From Octopus sinensis (lineage: Eukaryota): a stretch of DNA of 64,000 nucleotides. The stretch is from NCBI RefSeq assembly GCF_006345805.1, contig NC_043001.1, forward strand, positions 18,662,001 to 18,726,000. The letters are read 5' to 3'. The number at the start of each line of letters is the position of its first letter. Position 1 is the stretch's first letter. The notes beneath the pieces are model-generated. The model searched no databases and was not told where the DNA came from. It saw nothing but the letters and a program-made list of their open reading frames with translations. Both the position numbers and the translations under genes were made by a program. Below are positions 52,204-64,000 of this stretch, one piece after another.

Positions 52204-52623
52204 CTTTTATTCCTTTATTTGTTTCAGTCATTTGACTGCGGCCATGCTGGAGCACCACTTTTAGTCGAGCAAATCAACGCCAGGACTTATTCTTTGTAGG
52301 CCTAGTACTTTTTCTATCGTTGTCTTTTGCCAAACTAAGTCATGGGGACATAAACACACCAGCATCGGTTGTCAGCAACGTTTGGGGGGACAAACATAGA
52401 CATACAAACATATACATATATATATATATATATATAGGTATATATGCATATATATATTTACGACGGGCTTCTTTCAGTTTCCGTCTACCAAATCCACTCA
52501 CAAGGCTTTGGTCGGCTCGAGGCTGTAGTAGAATACACTTGCCCAAGGGGTCACGCAGTGGAACTGAACCCAGAACCATGTGGTTATGAAGCAAGTTTCT
52601 TACCACACAGCCACACCTGTGCC
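52204..52623 (-). mobile_element. SINE family C
   Basis: Consensus match. Confidence 0.85.
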
Positions 52624-52785
52624 TCAAATATATTTTATATATGTTCGTATGTCATATTGAATGAAGAGTTAGTATTCTCGTACCTTCACGAATACAAACT
52701 TACCTAAATTTACCAGTATGGCTGTTATTTGAATCGATCGGTTAGTGTTGACGTTTTAAATGCAAGGAATACGAAAAGAACTTGT

Positions 52786-53092
52786 TTGTTCCTTCTCGAG
52801 GTATGTCTGGCTCATAAGGGTCAGTTTCTCCTGTTTCATTGGCGTGTAGGTTTCTCACCTGGATAGGACGCCGGTCCGTCGCAGGTGAGCTGCTAGACAA
52901 AGGAGGAAAGTGTGAGAGAAAGTTGTGGCAAAAGAGTCAGCAGAAGTTCACCATTACCATCTGCCGGAGCCGCGTGGAACTTAGGTATTTCGCTCATAAA
53001 CACACACTCATACATCGTCCGGTCTGACATTCGAACCCGCGATCTCTCGCCTGTGAGTCCGCTACTCTAACCACTAGGCCATGTGCTTCCAT
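52786..53092 (-). mobile_element. SINE family B
   Basis: Matches 8762-9063. Confidence 0.8.
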
Positions 53093-53124
53093 ACAGTGAA
53101 AAAATAAACTTAACTAAAATGAAT

Positions 53125-53520
53125 TCTTTTCTACTCTAGGCACAAGGCCCAAAATTTTTGGAGGAGGAGGCAAGTCGATTAGATCGACCCCAGTATGTAA
53201 CTTGTACTTTATCGACCTCGAAAGGATGAAAGGCAAAGTTGACCACGGCGGAATTTGAACTCAGAACGTAACGGCAGACGAAATACCTACTTCTTTACTA
53301 CCCACAAGGGGCTAAACATAAAGGGGACAAACAAGGACAGACAAACGGATTAAGTCGATTATATCGAACCCAGTGCGTAACTGGTACTTATTTAATCGAC
53401 CCCGAAAGGATGAAAGGCGAAGTCGACCTCGGCGGAATTTGAGCTCAGAACGTAACGGCAGACGAAATGCCGCTAAGCATTTCGCCCGGCGTGCTAACGT
53501 TTCTGCCAGCTCGCTGCCTT
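53125..53520 (-). mobile_element. SINE family D chimera: a D1 unit followed by a unit with the alternative D2 tail
   Basis: Junction aaagaagta|ggtatttcgtc at 53287/53288; distal tail ...aaaattttgggccttgtgcctagagtagaaaaagaat. Confidence 0.85.
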
Positions 53521-54084
53521 AAACTTAACCAAAACTAATTACGTGGTGAAGAATCATACACGCGTACACACAAACACACGCAAAGATGGCGAGTCAATGG
53601 CTAATATTTTATTCATTTCGATGAATTAGCTTTTTAATGCACTCTTCATTAAATATGTTAATACTGACTAAACAACTGTTTTTCAAGCGGAAAGTGTCTA
53701 AATTATTTAGAATCTTATTTAAAGCCAGCTTAAAATAAAATAAAAGCAACAACAATATAACGATGAGTGTTGGGTTTGGTTCAAGTAGTTTTATGTTACA
53801 TGATTTGGCATTTCACTTCTCCGTGTTCAATTTATCCTGAGCCAACCTCATAATTTTTCAGGCCTTATAAAGTAATTATCAGCTTATTATCTGAAGTCAA
53901 TCAAATATTTGTCCGATTACTCACACATAAATCCCATCGAACAGTTGAGTGAGTGTCCACATGCTAATTTAACCTGCTAAAAATAATAGTCAAATCTTCA
54001 TCTAATAATCCTTTCTTCTATAAGCACAAAGCCTGTAATTTTGGGGGAGGGAGATAGTCGATCACATCGAACCCAGTACTTGAC

Positions 54085-54434
54085 AGTCCCAATGCGTGGT
54101 ACCTTAGGCAAGTGTCTTCTACTAAATCCTCGGGCCGGCCAAAGCCTTGTGAGTGGATTTGGTAAACGGAAACTGAAAAAAGCCCGTCGTATACATGTAT
54201 ATGTATATACGTGTGTGTGTGTTTGTGTGTCTGTGTTTGTCCCCCCAACATCGCTTGACAACTGATGGTGGTATATTTACGTCCCCGTAACTTAGCGGTT
54301 CGGCAAAAGGGACCGATAGAATAAGTACTAGGCTTACAAAGAATAAGTCCTGGGGTCGATTTGCTCGATTAAAGACGGTGCTCCAGCATGGCCGCAGTCA
54401 AATGACTGAAACAAGTAAAAGAGAGTAAAAGAGT
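54085..54434 (+). mobile_element. SINE family C, 5'-truncated and fused to a D2-type tail fragment
   Basis: Consensus match from cccaatgcgtggtaccttaggcaag. Confidence 0.8.
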
Positions 54435-55406
54435 GTACCGTTTCGTAAAGGATGCATTTTATATTGTAGCTTTAGATTCAGGGTCTCAAATTCGCTGCCC
54501 AAAGGCCGCATATGGTTCGAATGCTACTTTTCTATGGTCCACGGCAGAACCATTTTCGTGACGAATATTTTCCTAAAACTTGGTAATTTGTCCCTCACCA
54601 CTTCTATACTCTTGCAACAACAGTATTAAGCTTGGCCGGGAAACAATGCAGAGAGACGGTCAATCACTTTTAAAGTCATCCAGTATCTGACGATGTTTCT
54701 TCTCAGGGAAAGCTAGAATGTTCTTTTAATATTTCAGTCGCTTTATTGCTTCTCAGTCATATGGCTAAGATCAAGGTCTAATATCAACTCTTAACAGTTT
54801 AAATATCAAGATCAAACGCTGAAAATTAAAAATATGTATCCAAGTTTATATACATTTCAAAAACATTCTTAACAAGAACGTTAAATAAATCTGAAATTCT
54901 GGCTCATATGCATACGATTAAATCGGCTTTTAAAGACCTACTTAGATGGTAGACAACTCACACAACAGAGCATGAAGAGCTTCTGATTTCGTAATGTGAA
55001 ACAACAAAACGGCAGCAATAAAAAAAGAACAACATGAAACTTAATATTTAGTGTAGCTAATCTTAATCGCATTTAAGAATTATATCGGAAATATCGTACG
55101 ACATTGAATCTCAATTTTCTTGAGGAAATTTTGAATTTCACCTTCCTATTTCCCTTCCTGTAAGTCCAAATATTAATGCTTTTGTTGTAAGAAATCATTC
55201 ACACACTTTTTTTTATAGCTTCAAAGGATTAAGAAATATTATGAAGACCAGACACATCTTTTAATAATCCATTGCTACAACTTTACAGATGTGAAATAGA
55301 GTAGTTCAAATAATCAATTGTGGCTTGAAATGCCTACGATGGTATTAATTTTGTTTTATATAAAAATATAAATCTAATTTACATTTCTAGAAAATACAAA
55401 AATGTA

Positions 55407-55788
55407 TGGAAGCACTCCGTCGGTTACGACAATGAGGGTTCCGGTTGATCCGATCAACGGAACAGCCTGCCCGTGAAATTAACGTGTAAGTGGCTGAGCA
55501 CTCCACAGACACGTGTACCCTTAACGTAGTTCTCGGGGATATTCAGCGTGACACAGAGAGTGACAAGGCCGGCCCCTTGAAATACAGGTACAACAGAAAC
55601 AGGAAGTAAGAGTGAGAGAAAGTTTGTGGTGAAAGAGTACAGCAGGGATCACCACCCCCTGCCGGAGCCTCGTGGAGCTTTTAGGTGTTTTCGCTCAATA
55701 AACACTCACAACGCCCGGTCTGGGAATCGAAACCGCGATCCTATGACCGCGAGTCCGCTGCCCTAACCACTGGGCCATTGCGCCTCCA
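55407..55788 (-). mobile_element. SINE family A, full length
   Basis: Near-identical to 61238-61620 in the opposite orientation. Confidence 0.9.
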
Positions 55789-56053
55789 CAAGCGACAATG
55801 AATATAAGGCAAAGATCACTCTCCGTGGGTGGTCGCTTGACTGGCCAGAAAAAACAGCTAAATCTCCATCATATTAAACTCTTTTGTCTTGAATTTGGAG
55901 CGATACCTTGACTAATGTGGTTCAAATTACGAAATGCCACAGAGAAGTACTGGGATGATTTTGTCCACAGGTCTTCTAAGTCGATTTTTATCCAGAATAA
56001 ATAACAACAACAACAACAAAAGCATCAGAAGAATAAATTTAGAATTAACTTAC

Positions 56054-56707
56054 CAATTCCAATCTCCACCGGTGTACCGATTTTATTTTTGGTCCGGAAA
56101 AAGTTCTTATCTGCTATAAAAGCTACGCCGATAAGTATCGGAAATAAAGTAAAAGTAATCACAGCCTCCCAGACTTTCACGAGATCCTTCGAACTGGCAA
56201 GCAGAACAATTGCTAACCATATATAGGCAAACATATTAAAACAGGAAGTCACACCGAATACGTTTACACTTTTGATTTTGCGAATTTCCCCAGTTGGAAT
56301 CGAAATCATACATACAGAAGTAATAACCAATAAATTGAAGGCAGCAGAGCCGACAATAGTTGCTGGGCCAAGTTCACCGGGTTCGAACTTATTTCCTATA
56401 GTCTCAATGACCGACAATAAAATTTCTGGTGCACTCGTCCCCAGAGCCATTAAGCTCAAATTGGCTACTGTATCATTCCATACTTTCACTTCTATTTCAC
56501 GAAAACCATCTTTGTCTTTAGGATCAGAAATTCGAATCTTCCTGGTTTTACTGGTGATTCGTTCAATTGAGCACATGAAAACATCAGATATGATTGCTAC
56601 TCCTAGAAAGCACCATATCATGGCCAAAAGGTAAAGGAAGGCGCGAAAATTTACGTTCCAGTGGTCCTCTATAAGTATTGGTAATACAAGCCCTCTGCAT
56701 TCTTTCA
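56054..56707 (-). CDS. NCX: Internal coding exon of a Na+/Ca2+ exchanger (SLC8/NCX family): TM1-TM5 region including the alpha-1 repeat
   Basis: Translation contains NDTVANLSLMALGTSAPEILLSVIE and GELGPATIVGSAAFNLLVI, the NCX alpha-1 signature, plus FMCSIERITSK and VWEAVITFTLFP. Acceptor ttttcctctttcag|TG at 56707, donor ATTG|gtaagt at 56054. Length 654 nt, phase 1 to phase 1. The ORF-track start (56735) and end (56025) are intronic extensions. Confidence 0.93.
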
Positions 56708-57148
56708 CTGAAAGAGGAAAAGAAATGAAATTCAATTAAAATTAAACAGGAATAATCATTCATTTAACATGTTTCAAAATGAACGTCTAAAATTTTATAA
56801 GTTATTCTCGTAAATACAAAATTCTTTACAAGGTAAGAAATGTTCGCCAAACATTTGAATCTTCAACAGAAATTTTTGGCGTCTTTCCCATTTCAATAAG
56901 TGTCACAATAAATTGGAAACCAAACCTAAGATGCATACGTACTATAGAAGTATTTCCAACAGAGTTTTTATTATTTACTTGGCAAAGAAATTGAATGTAT
57001 GTAACTCACAGTTGGTTCAAAATTTTAAGAGATTTGGTAAACAACTACAATACTGATAATTTTGAGTTATCTAAAGACGTTAAAAACACGCAGCAAAACT
57101 GATCAGAAATAGAATGGTCTACAGCAAATCAACAAGTTTTATTGCAAA

Positions 57149-57530
57149 CTAGCAGTATCGCCCGGCGTTGCTCGGGTTTGTCAGGGAAATAACTATAAAG
57201 CATTTTTAGAGAGTTATAGCTAAAAAATAGCAAAAAAATGGAAAAAAAATGATGGTAAATTTTTTTAGAGTTAAAAAGGTCGAGTTGCGTCCCCTAGACA
57301 GTCTGTGGTTTGTCTTTCTGATTCTCGACCCCATGTCGAATTTATCGATTTTTTTCAGAACTGGGGGAACTTTTCAAAATTTTCGCTGCGTTAGTTTTGA
57401 ATTATGACATTGGGCTATGTGTGTGTCAAGTTTCATCAGAATCGGTTGAAAGCCGTGGTCAGGGTGAGGGTACAACCTGACAGACACACAGACACACAGA
57501 CAGACAAACTGCCGTTTATATAGAGAGAGA
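57149..57530 (-). mobile_element. Non-autonomous Helitron-like element
   Basis: Minus strand a|TCtctctctatataaacggcag ... cccgagcaacgccgggcgatactgCTAG|t; shares its 3' end with 20096-20488. Confidence 0.85.
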
Positions 57531-57669
57531 TGACATAACACAAGCAAATCTAAAGATACAATCATCGACGATGCAAAAGTGCCTCATGACAATTGTGTAT
57601 GAACTTGATTTTAGTTCGAGTGACTTGTAAGTGAAGTATTTTCAACAGTATAGTCAGTCTTTAGCTATA

Positions 57670-58195
57670 TATTGGGTTGTCCGGAAAGTTCGTACCGATT
57701 TATGGTAGCTTACCTTTCGACTTATTTTAGAAGATAAGATATTTTTTGACTACACCTCCATTTAGAGCACAGTTTATGCTATCTTTTCGTGGAAGAAGGT
57801 TTATGTTCCTAATAACCTGCATTAATTCTGTAACCCTTTATAATAGAAGATAAGAAAGTTCATTTTCGGCACTTGATGCTTTGGGAACCAGGCAAAAATT
57901 GCTGCAGCTCGGCTGGGATGTGTTACCCCACCTTCCATATTCACCAGATATTGCTCCTTCAGATTTCCACTCATTCAGGTCTCTACAGAATAGTCTTAAT
58001 GGTAAAAATTTAAATTCCTTGGATGACGTAAAAAGAGACCTTGATGAATTGTTTGCCATGAAACCACCTCGATTCTGGGAAGAGGGTATTTTCAAGTTAA
58101 AGGATAGATGGAGACGCATTGTGCAACAAAATGGTTCATATTCGGTTAATGAAAAATGTAATGCCAAGTATTTATTGCCCTTTTTCTTTCCCAAT
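57670..58195 (+). mobile_element. Internally deleted mariner element
   Basis: ORF 57881-58201: LGWDVLPHLPYSPDIAPSDFHSFRSLQNSL...FWEEGIFKLKDRWRRIVQQNGSY; 5' TIR-like ttgggttgtccggaaagttc after TA. Confidence 0.85.
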
Positions 58196-58574
58196 ATATA
58201 GATACAATTAGTTCATACCACTACATGACTTCAGGAAGCACAGCATCTCTTATTTCTCCAAAACTAACATTGCTGGGGTCAGATACTGAACCCCAGACTT
58301 TCTGTGCTAGGTGATCACATGATTAACCCCTATATGTTTCACTTGTACACTGAAAACTATCTCTGAAAAATGTATGTCATTCTTATTGTTAAACCTATTA
58401 TATTTTGACCAGTTGGTTACAAAAGGAAGAGGTAGTGCACATGATAATCATGACATTCGGAAAAGCAGTGGTTGGAAAAAGTTTGTTGCTCACACTTTTG
58501 AGCAACGAACGTTTTCCAGCCATCGCCTTTTCGAATGTCCTGAAGAAGGTATCTTTATATAACTACATTCTTTG

Positions 58575-58655
<81 letters not shown>

Positions 58656-59187
58656 CTCCACACAAACCTTCTGTACACCATATTTCGTTCCTCGAGCCCA
58701 CATCAGGTAATTTATTTCGAAGTGATTACTATTAACAGCAAATAATAGTGCCCGCTAATTTCTCAACTGTTAAGTTGGTGTCTGGATCCGCCTTCTTTTC
58801 TAATTTCCTTCACGTCCGCACAGGGGTCAATGTAGAAACCTTTACTTAGTTGCTCTACCTGTTAAAACACAAACCATGTCTCCTTCAATTTACATCAAAT
58901 CATTTTAAAAAGAGAGATAAACATATGATAGTGTAGTCCTAGATAGCCAATGTACCTTGAAATTGACGAAGTGAACAAAGCTGAAACACTTCTGATTACT
59001 GACCTGCTTAGTGAGAGTTGATATGAGACAGGCACAAGTAACCATAGCAACAACAATGAAGATTCGAAAAAAAAAAAACAAAAAAAAAACTGATGCTGTC
59101 ACTATAGAAAGCACGAGTGTAGTGATCCATAGCAAAGTACAGCTGAAATATCTGGCACAAAGCACTTGACTCTAAGAGAAGCATACC

Positions 59188-59596
59188 TATTTCTTTACTA
59201 CCCACAAGGGGCTAAACACAGAGAGGACAAACAAGGACAGACAAACGGATTAAGTCGATTATATTGACCCCAGTGCGTAACTGGTACTTAATTTATCGAC
59301 CCCGAAAGGATGAAAGGCAAAGTCGACCTCGGCGGAATTTGAACTCAGAACGTAGCGGCAGACGAAATACCTATTTCTTTACTACCCACAAGGGGCTAAA
59401 CACAGAAGGGACAAACAAAGACAGACACACGGATTAAGTCGATTACATCGACCCCAGTATGTAACTGGTACTTAATTTATCGACCCCGAAAGGCAAAGTC
59501 GACCTCGGCGGAATTTGAACTCAGAACGTAACGGCAGACGTAATACTGCTTCGCATTTCGCCCGGCGTGCTAACGTTTCTGCCAGCTCACCGCCTT
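59188..59596 (-). mobile_element. SINE family D dimer with 15-bp TSD taagagaagcatacc
   Basis: TSD at 59173-59187 and 59597-59611; internal junction at 59371/59372. Confidence 0.9.
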
Positions 59597-59679
59597 TAAG
59601 AGAAGCATACCATTCGATTCATTTGTCAAACCTCCCCCAGCCCAGTAAAACACTATATCCACGAGCACACCCTTGTGTG

Positions 59680-59887
59680 TGTATATATTTGTGTGTCTGT
59701 GTTTGTCCCCCCAATATCACTTGACAACCGATGCTGGTGTGTTTACGTCCCCGTAACTTAGCGGTTCGGCAAAAGAGACCGATAGAATAAGTACTAGGCT
59801 TACAAAGAATAAGTCCTGGGGTCGATTTGTTCGACTAAAGGCAGTGCTCTAGCATGGCCGCAGTCAAATGACTGAAACAAGTAAAAG

Positions 59888-59890
<3 letters not shown>
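59680..59890 (+). mobile_element. SINE family C right half followed by (GA)n
   Basis: Consensus match. Confidence 0.85.
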
Positions 59891-59954
<64 letters not shown>

Positions 59955-61237
59955 ATGGCTACTTCCAGTCGAGGTTGACCGTAAAGAAACTCCGCCTAGC
60001 TGGTATGGGGAATGCTCATAGCTATTGGAATAGCGAAAAACAGAGACGAGCTATTGCTCATAAAGTGGAAAAAGTAGGAGTATGTTGCGTGTTACGGAGC
60101 ACGAGAGAGTAGCTTAGATAGAAGTCAAAAAGAAAGAAGGGCAGTGAGTTGGTTTCAACTGCTGACATGCCAGCTGGCGTTAGTTACAGTACAGGGCCGA
60201 AATGCCCAATGGTCGTTGGAAATGTCTGATTAAATCAACCACAACTTGTGAAGGCTACATTCAGCAAGGGCAAATGAATGAAAAACGGCTTATTGTAGAT
60301 GTAAACATTCTCTGAGAACGCTTTTGAAAAGAACTTATTAAAGCATCTGTTTGTAACAAATATCTTAATTTATGTTCAATACTCCATCAGTTTACAACAC
60401 CTCTCAAGTTGGCTTTTAGTTATTTTTTTGATATTTCAACCAAGTTCGAAGGTTGTTAACAGGTTTTTAAAAAAAAACTACTGTTGTTATAACAGATAAA
60501 AAAAAATGTCATGAAATACGACGAACATCAAAGAATAGTGGATGTACAATCATAAGATCACAAATCAAATATTATTTCATTGATATATCAATCAGATTTC
60601 AAATATATGCGATATCACGGGATTATAAAAAAAAAACATAAAATGTTTTGATAACTATATATATTTTTCCAGTATAAACATTTTGTAAAATAAATAATAT
60701 ATTTAAGTATATCTTATATCGAGACGAATATTTTTGTTTAACATATGACGATATGAATACTGTTTCAAATATTAGAATATTTTTTAGTGTATTTCACATT
60801 TATTCTCATAGTTTTATATTGAAAAGTATTATGGTATAAATATTTTCTCAAATGAATACTGTCTTTCCAATCACGCGGCATAAAGAGTGTTTCATATTCA
60901 GTGACATAATTCTATTCTCAAAAGTAAACGACTGCAGCTTTTTAGTTAATATTTTATGCCTTTCTAAATAATCAGTCTTATTACACTAAAAGCCTATTAT
61001 ATTATATTCATGACATAGAAGCATATATAATCCTCCAGCAACATAGTCGACGATGGTCTCCTTTTTTATGACCATATACGGCATTTTTTTTTGTCGATTT
61101 AGATTGCTGAAGGCAAACAGCAAACATATCTTGAAATCTTCTCTGACACACCAAATATCTGGTAATGTGGTTCAATTTGTTTGATCTAAAGTTTTCTCTA
61201 TTTTCTGCTTATTTAAATTATATATGTATATGTGTGT

Positions 61238-61620
61238 GGAGGCGCAATGGCCCAGTGGTTAGGGCTTCGGACTCGCGATCGTAGGATCGCGGTTTCGATT
61301 CCCAGACCGGGCGTTGTCAGTGTTTATTGAGCGAAAACACCTAAAGCTCCACGAGGCTCCGGCAGGGGATGGTGCTGATCCCTGCTGTACTCTTTCACCA
61401 CAACTTTCTCTCACTCTTACTTCCTGTTTCTGTTGTACCTGTATTTCAAAGGGCCGGCCTTGTCACTCTCTGTGTCACGCTGAATATCCCCGAGAACTAC
61501 GTTAAGGGTACACGTGTCTGTGGAGTGCTCAGCCACTTACACGTTAATTTCACGAGCAGGCTGTTCCGTTGATTCGGATCAACCGGAACCCTCGTCGTCG
61601 TAACCGACGGAGTGCTTCCA
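61238..61620 (+). mobile_element. SINE family A, full length
   Basis: Consensus match. Confidence 0.9.
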
Positions 61621-62047
61621 TCTGGCAATTTAAATGAATATAATGATTAATCGATCACACGCCATCAGAAGTCAGCCAGTTTACACGCCCCACACACATA
61701 CACACATATACACACATATATACGCCTGTGAGTATATACATAAGTACATGTATGTGCGTAAGTATATACGTGTAACATTACACACACACACACACACACA
61801 CATATATATGGAGGCACATGGCCTCGTGGTTAGAGCAGCAGACTCGCGGTCGAAGGATCGCGGGTTCGAATCTCAAACCGGGCGATGAACCAGACAGATT
61901 AAATTTGGTCTGTCTTGACTATAACTAAACATATTCACCCAACGGCGTCGACCCTCGTTTTAGACACAAAATATACTGTCACGTGAAACGGACGTAGCGG
62001 GAAACGTACAAAAGGTAAAAAACTCAATCATGTGTTCATTCTCTACT

Positions 62048-62411
62048 TGAAGCACTCCGTCGGTTACGACGACGAGGGTTCCGGTTGATCCGAATCAACG
62101 GAACAGCCTGCTCGTGAAATTAACGTGCAAGTGGCTGAGCACTCCACAGACACGTGTACCCTTAACGTAGTTACAGAGAGTGACAAGGCCGGCCCTTTGA
62201 AATACAGGTACAACAGAAACAGGAAGTAAGAGTGAGAGAAAGTTGTGGTGAAAGAGTACAGCAGCAGGGATCACCACCATCCCCTGCCGGAGCCTCGTGG
62301 AGCTTTAGGTGTTTTCGCTCAATAAACACTCACAAGCCAGGTCTGGGAATCGAAACCGCGATCCTATGACCGCGAGTCCGCTGTCCTAACCACTGGGCCA
62401 TTGCGCCTCCA
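62048..62411 (-). mobile_element. SINE family A with TSD tcattctctac
   Basis: TSD at 62036-62046 and 62413-62423; small internal deletion. Confidence 0.9.
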
Positions 62412-62995
62412 CTCATTCTCTACAAGCACTTGGCAGAAAACATTCATAGTATTGATTGTTTGAACTTGTTCAGTCAACCGTGTCAGCATTAGCTTACGAC
62501 GCCAAACATTGTCATTTGATACTAACACACTGACGTAGCGGGGAACCTACAAATATTTCTAAGACCAGTCATGTGACTATCCTTTGCCAATCAAATCCTA
62601 TTCAAAACATATGCTAATTTGAGCCATGAACTCCCTATAAAAACAGGGCAAACATCAAACACTTGTCGCAAGCAAGGCGGTTGCGACATAAGCCACGTGT
62701 TTCCATTTGAACATTTTGAAAATCAGTGTAAACTGTGAAATCGGTTAAAGCTTCGAATATTTTAATCAAATACATGCATACATGTATGTATGTATGTATG
62801 TATGTATGTATGTATGTATGTATGTATGTATGTATGTATGTATGTATCTATCTATCTATCTATCTGAGCCAATATGAAGTGAAGAATCAATAAATATATT
62901 TCACAATACCAAATTTATTTGGTATTTACGAGGAAAAGGTTGACAGTGACCACAGAATACACTTTTAGCACACTTCCTTTGCAACCACAAGAAGC

Positions 62996-63028
<33 letters not shown>

Positions 63029-63204
63029 CATACATACATACACACATATATATACACACATATATATATATATATATTATATATATATATATATATATGT
63101 AATAGTAGAAATTATTATTATTAAAGAATATTATTAAATAGTATCAATTTCAACCAGTAGTCAGCATACGTAAAAAACGTCCGAGGACCGTGAATTCTGT
63201 TTAA

Positions 63205-63492
63205 ATATAAACAACAAGAGAGACCACAATATGGATCCCTTGTATGCTAAAAATAGACGTCAAACTGTCTTACCACGAAATCTGTTTTCTCAAATTAGCA
63301 AGACGCTAGATGTTTACGAGCTAGACAAATGAAAAGAAATGAACATAGTACTAAGTTGTATGTTTATTCTTTTCATTTGTCTAGCTCGTAAACATCTAGC
63401 GTCTTGCTAATTTGAGAAAACAGATTTCGTAGTAAGACAGTTTGACGTCTATTTTTAGCATACAAGGGATCCACGTAGTGATCTCTCTTATT

Positions 63493-63500
<8 letters not shown>
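63205..63500. repeat. Inverted repeat (about 140-bp arms, about 11-bp spacer) abutting (TA)n
   Basis: ggatcccttgtatgc...gacaaatgaaaagaa versus ttcttttcatttgtc...gcatacaagggatcc; substitutions concentrated in the outer ends. Confidence 0.92.
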
Positions 63501-63520
<20 letters not shown>

Positions 63521-63528
<8 letters not shown>

Positions 63529-63610
63529 ACTGGCCTTGTACATACGTGCATATATGGACTGGTCTTGTACATACATGCATATATGGACTGGTCTTGTACA
63601 TACGTACATA
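63521..63610. repeat. 29-bp minisatellite, three copies
   Basis: atatatggactggtcttgtacatacatgc and variants. Confidence 0.9.
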
Positions 63611-63697
63611 TATATGTATGTATGGACGTTCGTATATGTAAGTATAACGTATGTTCTGTATATATATATATTTGTATTTATGTGCCCATCTGATATA

Positions 63698-63754
63698 TTC
63701 AACTGACGAAGGCAGAGCTTATTTGAAGCAAAGCTAGAAATCCAGGATCTAGAA
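63698..63754 (+). ncRNA. Hammerhead-like motif with intact core and irregular stem II
   Basis: ttcaa CTGACGA A ggcag AGCTT atttgaagca AAGCT a GAAA TCC a GGA TC tagaa: AUC site, stem I 4 of 5 pairs. Confidence 0.45.
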
Positions 63755-63969
63755 TTATCCAGTAAAATCTTTTTTTGCTAGTTTATTTTGTCTCTCTGTC
63801 TCATCTCATGGCACGATATGAACATTTAAGGTGGTTTTTAGAGTCAGGGTTTTGACTGCTATTTCGGCATGGTGGTGTCTCTCAGATACCCTTATTTATA
63901 GTTGTAAGCAATTATTACCTTTGTAATGTATTTATTCCCATGCTGGCCACTTGATAATATCGATATTAT

Positions 63970-64000
<31 letters not shown>

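Noticed and set aside
52704-52721. 18-nt phase 1-1 microexon candidate downstream of the NCX exon (minus strand)
   Set aside because: Perfect donor but almost no polypyrimidine tract; cannot be supported without RNA data.
58905-59165. Hydrophobic minus-strand ORF as the NCX first exon or signal peptide
   Set aside because: The available donors (CAG|gtcagt and AAG|gtacat) are phase 0 in this frame, whereas the NCX exon needs phase 1; the ORF starts inside a SINE flank and includes a homopolymer run.
61238-61310. tRNA-like heads of SINEs as tRNA genes
   Set aside because: A and B boxes are present, but each head continues into a conserved SINE body, and several copies have TSDs; no complete cloverleaf was verified.

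Overview
AT-rich, extremely microsatellite- and SINE-dense animal genomic DNA. The repeat landscape suggests an octopus or other coleoid cephalopod; this is inferred, not verified. Only one host coding exon is confidently recognisable: a 654-nt phase-1/phase-1 exon (56054-56707, minus strand) encoding the N-terminal transmembrane block and alpha-1 repeat of a Na+/Ca2+ exchanger (NCX/SLC8). The rest looks like intron or intergenic DNA filled with at least four tRNA-derived SINE families (about 45 copies or fragments), RTE, R4/Dong and CR1/L2-type LINE 3' remnants, mariner remnants, non-autonomous Helitrons and a Helitron helicase relic. Most entries in the ORF track are microsatellite artefacts. 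The most interesting unexplained structures are: (1) six minimal, Penelope-type hammerhead ribozyme motifs of different sequence lying in short cassettes next to microsatellites; (2) a SINE that forms 184-bp tandem units with eight junctions at the same nucleotide and appears to insert into its own GGTAT site; (3) at least nine fold-back inverted repeats, most centred on or abutting (TA)n tracts; (4) (TAA)n tracts that collect stacked R4/Dong elements and a non-coding TAA-flanked element. All coordinates and pairings were read by eye and need computational confirmation.
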